A stretch of DNA of 61,262 bases, counting the filler, from Nemertoderma westbladi (Eukaryota; Animalia; Xenacoelomorpha): assembly GCA_032718475.1 (NCBI GenBank). It is 3 parts of 3 records of this genome, joined end to end, with 100 filler letters (N's around TTAATTAATTAA, not from the genome) between each part and the next. Parts side by side here need not be neighbours in the genome. Positions count along the whole stretch, not along the records: positions 35,803 to 61,262 come from JAUCBJ010008435.1; 2 more parts are not named here. One strand, written 5' to 3'. The position numbers were made by a program, and so were the translations under genes. The notes beneath the pieces were generated by a model. That model was not told the DNA's origin. It was given only the letters and a program-made list of their open reading frames with translations, and did not search any database. Below, one piece after another: positions 47,464 to 60,000 of the stretch; the stretch's first letter is position 1; each line of letters starts with the position of its first letter.

Positions 47464-50400
47464 ATGGAAAAATTTATGCGTCCAGATCGTTTCGATGTCA
47501 ATCCAAATTCGGTTACTGCAAACAAGGAATGGGTTCACTGGTTTCGAACCTTTACGAACTTCATGGATTCTGTCACAACGTTAAATCCAAAGAAGTTTGA
47601 CACTTTTATTAATTACGTGTCGCCCGCTGTGTATGAGTACATTGCAGATTGTACAACATATGATAACGCTATAACGATCCTTCGTAATCTCTATGTCAAG
47701 CCGAAAAATGAAATTTTCGCTCATCATCAACTTGCAACGAGGAAACAGCAATCAGGCGAATCAATCGACGAGTTTCTTCAGTCTCTGCGTCAGCTCTCAA
47801 AGGATTGCAATTTTACACCCGTAGATGCAAATAAACACTGTGAAGAATCAATACGCGACTCTTTTATCTCAGGTTTATCTTCGACTATCATCCGACAACG
47901 ATTATTAGAGAATGCAACACTAGATTTGCAGTCCGCACATGATCAAGCTCGTGCATTGGAACTTGCTCATAAACATTCCGAGTTTTATGCTCAGCCATCT
48001 GCATCTGCCAATGACAATATTGCAGCTGTACCATCTAATGAGGACAATAACTATGGTACCGGTACCGGTACCGGTAACGAATTCTCAGCAATGGCATATG
48101 GTAAAAAAAGTTGCTATTTCTGTGGAAATTCTTATCATCAAAGGCAGTTGTGTCCTGCAAGTCGAGCTAACTGCACTAAGTGTAGCAAACCAGGCCATCT
48201 CGCTAAAGTTTGTCGAAGTGGGGGCGGAATTGGACCAGGTACCGGTAGCAGTAGGTACAACAGTAGTACCAGTTCCAGCAGGGTAAAGCAATCAGCAGCA
48301 ATTAATGATTTTAGCAATATACAGGACAATGAGTTTTTAGCCGCTATCTACCCTAAAAACGTTTCCGCTGCTGCTAGTGAATGTCCTAAATCTCTTTCAA
48401 AGGCTAAAATAAAAGGACAACAAGTTAATGCACTAGTTGATACGGGTAGTTCAGGAAACTATATAACAGAACCTCTTACTTCTCGGCTACAAATTTCCAT
48501 TCAACCTGGAGGAGGAGAAGTCTCTATGGCTGCACCTTCTTTATCGACTACAATATTGGGTCAGTGTTCTTTAACTATCAATCTTAACGGCCAACGATAC
48601 GAGGAAGTTCAGTTCGATGTTCTACCATCTCTTTGCTCCGAAGTAATCCTCGGTCAACGATTTATGAAACGGCACTCTAGTGTTACTCTTAGTTTTGGTG
48701 GTGATCTTCCAACTTTGGATATATGTAGTCTCACTATAGTATCTACATCGGCACCAACTGTATTTGCAGATATTTCACCGGATTGTCAACCAATTGCTAC
48801 TAAATCAAGGAGGTTTAATGATTCTGATCAACAATTTATTGAAATCGAAATTCAAAAACTACTCAAGGAAGGTATCATTGAACGAAGCCAGTCACCTTGG
48901 CGATCTCAAGTCGTCATCGCAGATGATGGAAGACATAAGAAGCGTCTTTGTGTTGATTATTCACAAACCATAAACCGATTTACTTATCTGGATGCATATC
49001 CCCTCCCTAGAATCGATGATATATATGGCTAATAACATTGCTCAGTACGAGGTCTTCAGCACACTCGACCTAAAGAGTGCATATCATCAAATCCCATTAC
49101 TCTGTGAGGATAAGATTTATACTGCTTTCGAGTCCAATGGATGCCTTTATCAATTCACTAGACTTCCATTTGGATTGACAAACGCCGTCGCCAGTTTTCA
49201 GAGGAAAATGGATGAATTTGTCAAGGATGAGAATCTATCGGACACATTCTTGTATCTCGATAACATAACTATTGGTGGTAGAAACCAGGAGGAACACGAT
49301 ACTAACCTAAATCGATTGCTCGCTGCTGCTAAGAAGAATAATCTTACCTTTAACCATTATAGATGCTGTTCGGAAATGGAAGCATTATCTTACGGGTCGA
49401 CATTTCACGTTTGTGACCGATCAAAGGTCCGTTTACATGTTTGATTCTAAGAACAAAGGAAAAATTAAAAACGATAAAATAATGAGGTGGTGAACTGAAC
49501 TCGGCTGCTATAGCTATGACATCATATACAGACCTGGAAGTGAAAATCTCCCTGCTGATGCTCTGTCTCGATCAAGTTGCGCAGCCCTACTCCTTCAGCC
49601 ACTCGGTCCCCAATCTAATGACAATGTTAATGTTGATAAATGTTGCTTCACTGATACTGGGTCCATTGAATCGCTGGCGTCGCTCCACAATGCTTTGTGC
49701 CATCCAGGAGTTACTCGTATGTTACACTTCATCAGATGTAAAAATTTACCCTATTCAACCAATGATGTCAAAAGCGTGATTAGGAATTGCCCATCATGCG
49801 CTGAGGTTAAACCCCGTTTTTGCAAACCTCCTACAAGTCACTTAATCAAAGCTACTCAGCCTTTCGAACGACTTAATATTGATTTTAAAGGACCCCTTCC
49901 ATCGAATACTAATAATGAATATATATTAACAATTGTAGACGAATTCTCCAGATTCCCATTCGCTTATCCATGCCCTAATGTTGCAACTAAGACAGTTATT
50001 AGTTGCCTTACGCAATTATTTTCGATATTTGGAATGCCTGCTTTCGTTCATTCCGATAGGGGAAAGCTCATTAATATCAGAGGAGCTGAAATCATGGTTG
50101 TATAAACATGGTGTCGCAACTAGCAGAACTACACCATACAACCCTAGAGGAAATGGGCAAGTTGAAAGATATAACGGCATTATATGGAAAGCAATAACGT
50201 TAGCTTTGAAATCCCGGAACCTACCCATCAAATGTTGGCAAACCGTTATTTTTGATGCATTGCATTCTATTCGGTCTTTACTGTGCACTTCCACAAACGC
50301 TACTCCACTGAGAGATTCTTTAATTATCAGAGACGATCTAGTGCTGGTCAATCAATACCGTCGTGGTTAGCTGAACCAGGGCCAGTTTTGGTTAAGAAAC

Positions 50401-50747
50401 ATGTTCGAGCCAGCAAATACGACCCATTGGTGGAAGAAGCTGAATTAATAGAAGCGAATCCTCAGTATGCGTTCGTTAAATTTGCATCAGGACGAGAATC
50501 GACTGTTTCAATTAATGACCTGGCCCCCCGTGGTATTACAACGCAGTCTCAGATGAGAACCACCGATGGACCACCATCGGTAATCAGGACCACCGATGAC
50601 GCTATAGATCAACCGAATCTAACCGCTGGGAATGATAGTTTACAACTATCTCCACTTGGCATCGAAACTGAAAGTATTGCCGATACCGACATACATGAGG
50701 TAGAAGTAACAGCACATGGCAGAGACCCCAAAAATCCAATCACCTAG
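47464..50747 (+). pseudogene. Gypsy gag-pro-RT-RH-IN, frameshifted and partly deleted
   Basis: Two CCHC knuckles, LVDTGS protease, RLCVDY, LDLKSAYHQI, PFGL, YLDN, H-H-C-C and IDFKGP/HSDRG/NGQVER integrase. Several frameshifts and a stop. Confidence 0.92.
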
Positions 50748-50938
50748 GCAATCTACTACTACTAGGTATTATCGACCAACCCGCAGTCGTAAACCACCAA
50801 TACGATATGGTTATGATACCAATCATTGAACAACTGTAATAAAACAAAAACTGTAATACTGTATAGAGTATAACAATAACTGTAAATTGAAAAAACCATT
50901 TATGATTTTTTTGTGATTTTTTTTTTGGATGGGGAGAA

Positions 50939-51114
50939 TGTTATAATTAATCAGCTATCTTTATACTGCTGTTCAGTACACCTGTATACTGCTCATCAGT
51001 ATACCGGTATTCTCATATTTACTTATGTATTGTATGTCTCGTAAAGCCATACTTGTGGTCTTTTCTTTATATTATATTGTTTGTTACTCATCACCTCGTC
51101 ATTCTTTCATTACA
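50939..51114 (+). repeat. Gypsy 3' LTR (176 bp)
   Basis: Direct repeat of the 5' LTR. Confidence 0.95.
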
Positions 51115-51456
51115 AAAGTATAGGCCAATAAAAAAAAGTTACAGTACCAGTATCAATTAGGCATAGGCAGATAGGATAGGCCAACCCTAATTTTTAACCT
51201 GCTGTATTTTTCAGACCACCGTGTTACTCCAAAAGTTAAACACACCCAAGGGGCGTTTTTTTAATATAAATTTTCATATTACTGTATAGCTCGTTATAGG
51301 CGGTTATAGCTTGTTTATAGGAAGTTATAGCCCGTTATAGATGGTTATAGGTCGTTATAGCCCGTTATAGATAGTTCTACCTTTTAGTACGTACCCTAAC
51401 AAGATGCCCGGACTGGACGGAATCGGTCCAGGAATATTTAAGCCCTTGCCGATCTT

Positions 51457-54400
51457 GGTGGGATAAATATTTCTCCATTTGACGCAACACCGCCGCGGCC
51501 GCTATGAGGGAGGTGAATACCGCGGCCGCTCCTAAAGCCGCAGGCCATCGCTAACTATATAGGTTAACTTGGGATTCTGGGGGACTTTTCGATGAAGGAA
51601 CTGACCAAATTTTTTTATTTTCTCACCAGGGGATCGGCTCGGAATTCTAAGATATTAGCAACTCTAACATTATTAAATCTAACCCTTCGACGGACACGAC
51701 GGACAAAAAACCGTCATTTTTTCGAGAATTTTAAAATTTTTTTGAAAGGCGCTCTACAGTGGCTCGAAAAAACCCTAGGTTATTGCTTAGCCGACGCCGG
51801 GATACGATAGAAGGGATTAATTAGTGAATTCGTTTTTTTTTTCAAAAAAGATTACCACGCCTTTTTTCCGAAAATGTCCGTCAAAGTTGAAAAAACGGAC
51901 AAAATGACTTTGCGGGATCCGCTATAACTCGGCTAATATTAATCGTACGGGGACGAAAGTAACGCGGTTGGAAAGGGGAAGAGTGGTACTACCTTCGTAT
52001 CGAATGGGGGTAAGATATTTATTAAAATTTCGGGTGGAAAAAGGGGCTGTAAATTTGTACGTTTTTGTCCGTCTTTTTTGGAAGACTTATTTCCGAAATG
52101 TTTAATTCGACAACGCGGGTAGGAATCCACTAATTCTTTTATGAAACTCGTAGAAGACCATTGGGGCTACGTTCCTATCGAATGGGGGTACAAAAAATAT
52201 GTCGGCAATAGGGGCCAAAAAGGGCCAGAATTTGTAAAGTAGTTTTTATCGAATAATTTTTTATTTTTAACTTTAGTTGGTTAAGGTACATTCTATACAG
52301 TCAATATCCATACGGGGAATTCAAATATGCTATCGGTTTTGCTCCAAGGATGATATTAAAAAAATGAGGGCCAAAATTATAATTTCGCGCTTCAAACTTG
52401 CTTCGCGGGAAATCGTCTAGCTCGAAAACTACTTAACTTACGGGATTTGTTTACACAGACTTATAGTGCGTTAAATTATCTATCTAACAGCGTTAATCAC
52501 AGCGCCGGAGGTATTATAAAACTGGAGCGGCAGGCGATCGTGTGAAATATAATATTTATAAAAAGGGACGAAAAATTTTTTCTTTTAACAAATCGCTATT
52601 CCATTATAATTTAGCGTATTGCGCCAAAAGTACCTGTAAAAAGTATCAAATTAACTCCGCTATCTTTTATCTTAACATATATAATTAAAATTACGAATTT
52701 TAAGGGTCGAAAAATATCGCGTTATTTTGGCCCATTTTTTTAATTTTTTTGGGGCCAAAAATAACCCCTTCTCAAAAGATTAAGAAAAAAATTACGGCAA
52801 AGAATATACCAATTTTATTGAATTTGGACCACCAGAACCGAAGTTAGAGCGATTTTAGTGAAAAAATAAAAATAATTTTTTTTGCAAAAAAATTAAGAAT
52901 GGTCAGGTCAATATTGGATTTCGAACCCGCGAACTTAGGTTTCATTAACGTGATTGATAACCACTAGACTATGTGACCAAGAGAATTTGAAATTTTCGAG
53001 TGACTATTTTTAAACATAAATAACTTCGGTTCTACAGGAGGGCCGTTTAATCTGAAACTTTTTTCATTGGATAGAGGATAGATCGTAGTGTGTGAAATAG
53101 GATAAAACATGGGAAAAGACTTATGTGCACTTAGTGCAAAATGCACTTAAATAGTGAACATTTTTTCGATATTTCAAACACTATTATTTCCAGTTCTATT
53201 CATCGTAGAATGTTATTTTTTGGATTAAAATGTAGTTTGGAATGATTTCTAACTATAATCGTAACATTTGTTTAACTTTTTATGTCTATAAAGTGACTTA
53301 AAATGTCCATGAATATGGTCCAAAATCGCAAATCCAGATTTATTAAATTGGATTTTTGACACTTTTAGCGACTGACACTTGATCATACACCATCGTAGAT
53401 CGGTAGAGGATAAACATAAGTTTGTTAAATAAGAGCCACCATTACGATCTGCTAAAGTGCATTTGTACAAATAAGTGTGCAAAAGTGCAAATTTTTTAAT
53501 AAGGTCAAATTATATAGTATTGGGTTATTTTCTTTGCAGATACTTTATTTTCATATTAATATGTTGTTTGAACCTTACTGAGCGCATTAGGGGATATGCG
53601 TACAAATAACCGGCCCTTATGAGGCTTCGATTGGGTAAATTAATAAAACATAAGGTTGTATAGTATAATATTCTAAAAACCAGTGTGATATTAAATGCAC
53701 TTTAAATAATAAATAGAAATCAAATAACAATTGGACCACACAATTAAAAACTCGCACAATTTTGTACTTATTATATCGCTTCAAATTAATTCAACAGTGG
53801 ATATTTGGGGGAAGGGGGAAGTTACAGTGTGCATTCGGGGGAAGTTTGGTGAACTGCATTTATGCAGTGAATCCAAACTTCCCCCTTTGATATATCATAT
53901 ACTTAAGACATGCTAGGGTGACGGGGAAATATTTGTTACTGTCACACTTTGCTTCCATTTATCCTTTCCTTTATTATTACCCCAGTCAGATAAGAGATAA
54001 TAAATCAGTAAAAACTAAACTAAACTGTCTTTCATGCAAACAAATTTCTAACTAAAGACGGGTGAATGACCATGACCATGGAAATAATTTTAAATATAAT
54101 TGTATATCAACTATTTGGGGAGGCTTCCAAGTTAAACCCGAAAACAATTATTTTGTTACATTATTATATAGTAAATAACGCTGTATGTTCTTCTTCCTCT
54201 CATAATAAAATATAAATGAAATATCTCAGATCGCTCTGCCCTGTAACATTTCACAACCAAAATATTTAAGTGTGAAAAGTGTAGGCCTACCACACTCCGC
54301 CCAAACAACCGCAAACGCATAGCCAACAAATTTAACAAAAGGTTACATACATGTTGGGTTCATGACGAGATGAGTGAAAATTGATCGCGTAATATAAAGT

Positions 54401-57005
54401 AAAAAATTAAGAGACGGGCTGGCTCTCCTCCACTTTCTTACCCAATGGATATGTTGTTGTAATAATCTAATATTGGGGCGGCTTTCTCTCGGTGGGATAA
54501 ATATTTCTCCATTTGACGCAACACCGCCGCGGCCGCTATGAGGGAGGTGAATACCGCGGCCGCTCCTAAAGCCGCAGGCCCTCGCTAACTATATAGGTTA
54601 ACTTGGGATTCTGGGGGACTTTTCGATGAAGGAACTGACCAAATTTTTGTATTTTCTCACCAGGGGAGCGGCTCGGAATTCTAAGATATTAGCAACTCTA
54701 ACATTATGAAATCTAACCCTTCGACGGACACGGCGGACAAAAAACCGTAATTTTTTTGACAATTTTAAAATTTTTTTGAAAGGCGCTCTACAGTGGCTCG
54801 AAAAAACCCTAGGTTATTGCTTAGCCGACGCCGGGATACGATAGAAGGGATTAATTAGTGAATTCGTTTTTTTTTTCAAAAAAGATTACCACGCCTTTTT
54901 TCCGAAAATGTCCGTCAAAGTTGAAAAAACGGACAAAATGACTTTGCGGGATCCGCTATAACTCAGCTAATATTAATCGTACGGGGACGAAAGTAACGCG
55001 GTTGGAAAGGGGAAGAGTGGTACTACCTTCGTATCGAATGGGGGTAAGATATTTATTAAAATTTCGGGTGGAAAAAGGGGCTGTAAATTTGTACGTTTTT
55101 GTCCGTCTTTTTTGGAAAACTTATTTCCGAAATGTTTAATTCGACAACGCGGGTAGGAATCCACTAATTCATTATGAAACTCGTAGAAGACCATTGGGGC
55201 TACGTTCCTATCGAATGGGGGTACAAAAAATATGTCGGCAATAGGGGCCAAAAAGGGCCAGAATTTGTAAAGTAGTTTTTATCGAATAATTTTTTATTTT
55301 TAACTTTAGTTGGTTAAGGTACATTCTATACAGTCAATATCCATACGGGGAATTCAAATATGCTATCGGTTTTGCTCCAAGGATGATATTAAAAAAATGA
55401 GGGCCAAAATTATAATTTCGCGCTTCAAACTTGCTTCGCGGGAAATCGTCTAGCTCGAAAACTACTTAACTTACGGGAGATTTGTTTACACAGACTTATA
55501 GTGCGTTAAATTATCTATCTAACAGCGTTAATCACAGCGCTGGAGGTATTATAAAACTGGAGCGGCAGGCGATCGTGTGAAATATAATATTTATAAAAAG
55601 GGACGAAAATTTTTTTTTTTAACAAATCGCTATTCCATGATAATTTAGCGTATTGCGCCAAAAGTACCTGTAAAAAGTATCAAATTAACTCCGCTATCTT
55701 TTATCTTAACATATATAATTAAAATTACGAATTTTAAGGGTCGAAAAATATCGCGTTATTTTGGCCCTTTTTTTTAATTTTTTTGGGGCCAAAAATAACC
55801 CCTTCTCAAAAGATTAAGAAAAAAATTACGGCAAAGAATATACCAATTTTATTGAATTTGGACCACCAGAAGCGAAGTTAGAGCGATTTTAGTGAAAAAA
55901 TAAAAATAATTTTTTTTGCAAAAAAATTAAGAATGGCAGGTCAATATTGGGTTTCGAACCCACGAACTTAGGTTTCATTAACGTGATTGATAACCACTAG
56001 ACTATGTGACCAAGAGAATACGAAATTTTCGAGTGACTATTTTTAAACATAAATAACTTCGGTTCTACAGGGCCGTTTAATCTGAAACTTTTTTCATTGG
56101 ATAGAGAATAGATTGTAGTGTGTGAAATAGGATACAACTTGGGAAAAGACGCATGTGCTTAGTGCAAAATGCACTTAAATAGTGAACATTTTTTCGATAT
56201 TTCAAACACTATTATTTCCAGTTCTATTCATCGTAGAATGTTATTTTTTGGATTAAAATGTAGTTTGGAATGATTTCTAACTATAATCGTAACATTTGTT
56301 TAACTTTTTATGTCTATAAAGTGACTTAAAATGTCCATGAATATGGTCCAAAATCGCAAATCCAGATTTATTAAATTGGATTTTTGACACTTTTAGCGAC
56401 TGACACTTGATCATACACCGTAGATCGGTAGAGGATAAACATAAGTTTGTTAAATAAGAGCCACCATTACGATCTGCTGAAGTGCACTTGTACAAATAAG
56501 TGTGCAAAAGTGCAAATTTTTTAATAAGGTCAAATTATATAGTATTGGGTTATTTTCTTTGCAGATACTTTATTTTCATATTAATATGTTGTTTGAACCT
56601 TACTGAGCGCATTAGGGGATATGCGTACAAATAACCGGCCCTTATGAGGCTTCGATTGGGTAAATTAATAAAACATAAGGTTGTATAGTATAATATTCTA
56701 AAAACCAGTGTGATATTAAATGCACTTTAAATAATAAATAGAAATCAAATAACAATTGGACCACACAATTAAAAACTCGCACAATTTTGTACTTATTATA
56801 TCGCTTCAAATTAATTCAACAGTGGATATTTGGGGGAAGGGGGAAGTTACAGTGTGTATTCGGGGGAAGTTTGGTGAACTGCATTTATGCAGTGAATCCA
56901 AACTTCCCCCTTTGATATATCATATACTTAAGGCATGCTAGGGTGACGGGGAAATATTTGTTACTGTCACACTTTGCTTCCATTTATCCTATCCTTTATT
57001 ATTAC
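51457..57005. repeat. Tandem duplication of an AT-rich non-coding unit (period 3034; second copy truncated)
   Basis: GGTGGGATAAATATTTCTCC at 51457 and 54491. The copies stay collinear until 57005, which corresponds to 53980 in copy 1. Confidence 0.93.
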
Positions 57006-60000
57006 GATGATAATTGATGTTAACGACATACTGACTAACAGGGGGTTGGTATGTATATATTAAATTAAATTAAAGGAAGAACAGGAGTCTTACACCCCCA
57101 ATAAAAAATATAGAATCAGGACATTTAGCCCAAAATATTTCTCGACCCCTAGGGTCATCGAAAGAACAACAAACACACAAACACAAACACAAACAAATAT
57201 AAATACATGCTAAACATACAGGTATGTGTCGCAACCCTAACCCTAAGCCTACCCGCCATACACTAAATGATACCGTTAATAAACTGCACAATAGTTAAGC
57301 CTATATTCTATAAGAAAATATATGACAATTTTGTCGCCGTGAAAGGGGTATGACTGAGGCAAAAATAATTAATTTGTGAAAAATATGGTTGCGTTTCGGT
57401 GTCTTGGACCAGTACGCGCTAATCCTCGACACCTCGTCAGCTGGACAGGGAATTAGCCAAGCCTATCTATAATGCACCAATGACCTAAAATAATCGCACC
57501 ATCAACTCTGTTACCACCTAGCCCAAAACAGAAGTCAGACCACAGAACACAGGAACCCTATAGGCCTATGGTAAGTAAATATGTTACCAATGGGAAACTG
57601 GTGGAATGCTAGGGCACACACACAGTACAAAATTTAAATAAGATTTTATGATTTGCAGTAATGTCGGAATTCTGCTCCACTTTCATAAGATGATAATTGA
57701 TGTTAACGACATACTGACTAACAGGGGGTTGGTATGTATATATTAAATTAAATTAAAGGAAGAACAGGAGTCTTACACCCCCAATAAAAAATATAGAATC
57801 AGGACATTTAGCCCAAAATATTTCTCGACCCCTAGGGTCATCGAAAGAACAACAAACACACAAACACAAACACAAACAAATATAAATACATGCTAAACAT
57901 ACAGGTATGTGTCGCAACCCTAACCCTAAGCCTACCCGCCATACACTAAATGATACCGTTAATAAACTGCACAATAGTTAAGCCTATATTCTATAAGAAA
58001 ATATATGACAATTTTGTCGCCGTGAAAGGGGTATGACTGAGGCAAAAATAATTAATTTGTGAAAAATATGGTTGCGTTTCGGTGTCTTGGACCAGTACGC
58101 GCTAATCCTCGACACCTCGTCAGCTGGACAGGGAATTAGCCAAGCCTATCTATAATGCACCAATGACCTAAAATAATCGCACCATCAACTCTGTTACCAC
58201 CTAGCCCAAAACAGAAGTCAGACCACAGAACACAGGAACCCTATAGGCCTATGGTAAGTAAATATGTTACCAATGGGAAACTGGTGGAATGCTAGGGCAC
58301 ACACACAGTACAAAATTTAAATAAGATTTTATGATTTGCAGTAATGTCGGAATTCTGCTCCACTTTCATAAGATGATAATTGATGTTAACGACATACTGA
58401 CTAACAGGGGGTTGGTATGTATATATTAAATTAAATTAAAGGAAGAACAGGAGTCTTACACCCCCAATAAAAAATATAGAATCAGGACATTTAGCCCAAA
58501 ATATTTCTCGACCCCTAGGGTCATCGAAAGAACAACAAACACACAAACACAAACACAAACAAATATAAATACATGCTAAACATACAGGTATGTGTCGCAA
58601 CCCTAACCCTAAGCCTACCCGCCATACACTAAATGATACCGTTAATAAACTGCACAATAGTTAAGCCTATATTCTATAAGAAAATATATGACAATTTTGT
58701 CGCCGTGAAAGGGGTATGACTGAGGCAAAAATAATTAATTTGTGAAAAATATGGTTGCGTTTCGGTGTCTTGGACCAGTACGCGCTAATCCTCGACACCT
58801 CGTCAGCTGGACAGGGAATTAGCCAAGCCTATCTATAATGCACCAATGACCTAAAATAATCGCACCATCAACTCTGTTACCACCTAGCCCAAAACAGAAG
58901 TCAGACCACAGAACACAGGAACCCTATAGGCCTATGGTAAGTAAATATGTTACCAATGGGAAACTGGTGGAATGCTAGGGCACACACACAGTACAAAATT
59001 TAAATAAGATTTTATGATTTGCAGTAATGTCGGAATTCTGCTCCACTTTCATAAGATGATAATTGATGTTAACGACATACTGACTAACAGGGGGTTGGTA
59101 TGTATATATTAAATTAAATTAAAGGAAGAACAGGAGTCTTACACCCCCAATAAAAAATATAGAATCAGGACATTTAGCCCAAAATATTTCTCGACCCCTA
59201 GGGTCATCGAAAGAACAACAAACACACAAACACAAACACAAACAAATATAAATACATGCTAAACATACAGGTATGTGTCGCAACCCTAACCCTAAGCCTA
59301 CCCGCCATACACTAAATGATACCGTTAATAAACTGCACAATAGTTAAGCCTATATTCTATAAGAAAATATATGACAATTTTGTCGCCGTGAAAGGGGTAT
59401 GACTGAGGCAAAAATAATTAATTTGTGAAAAATATGGTTGCGTTTCGGTGTCTTGGACCAGTACGCGCTAATCCTCGACACCTCGTCAGCTGGACAGGGA
59501 ATTAGCCAAGCCTATCTATAATGCACCAATGACCTAAAATAATCGCACCATCAACTCTGTTACCACCTAGCCCAAAACAGAAGTCAGACCACAGAACACA
59601 GGAACCCTATAGGCCTATGGTAAGTAAATATGTTACCAATGGGAAACTGGTGGAATGCTAGGGCACACACACAGTACAAAATTTAAATAAGATTTTATGA
59701 TTTGCAGTAATGTCGGAATTCTGCTCCACTTTCATAAGATGATAATTGATGTTAACGACATACTGACTAACAGGGGGTTGGTATGTATATATTAAATTAA
59801 ATTAAAGGAAGAACAGGAGTCTTACACCCCCAATAAAAAATATAGAATCAGGACATTTAGCCCAAAATATTTCTCGACCCCTAGGGTCATCGAAAGAACA
59901 ACAAACACACAAACACAAACACAAACAAATATAAATACATGCTAAACATACAGGTATGTGTCGCAACCCTAACCCTAAGCCTACCCGCCATACACTAAAT

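Larger units (their letters stand above)
47256..51114 (+). mobile_element. Gypsy/Ty3 LTR retrotransposon, internally deleted
   Basis: Short TG..CA LTRs, 5-bp TSD AAAGT (47251-47255, 51115-51119) and polypurine tract GGGGAGAA. Confidence 0.95.
46849..51395. mobile_element. MITE with TIRs of about 100 bp made of CTATAAC repeats, split by the Gypsy insertion
   Basis: GGTACGTACTAAAAGGTAGAAC at 46849 vs GTTCTACCTTTTAGTACGTACC ending at 51395. The flanks share AACAAGA (7 of a possible 9-bp TSD). Confidence 0.85.

Noticed and set aside
52903-52972. tRNA-like A and B boxes on the minus strand in the 3-kb unit (also near 55940-56003)
   Set aside because: No cloverleaf. At most a decayed SINE head.
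57233-57250. Telomere
   Set aside because: Only about two CCCTAA units, internal to each repeat unit.
57070-57291. 73-aa ORF repeated in every 683-bp unit
   Set aside because: TTG start, and largely a translation of microsatellite and TTAGGG tracts.
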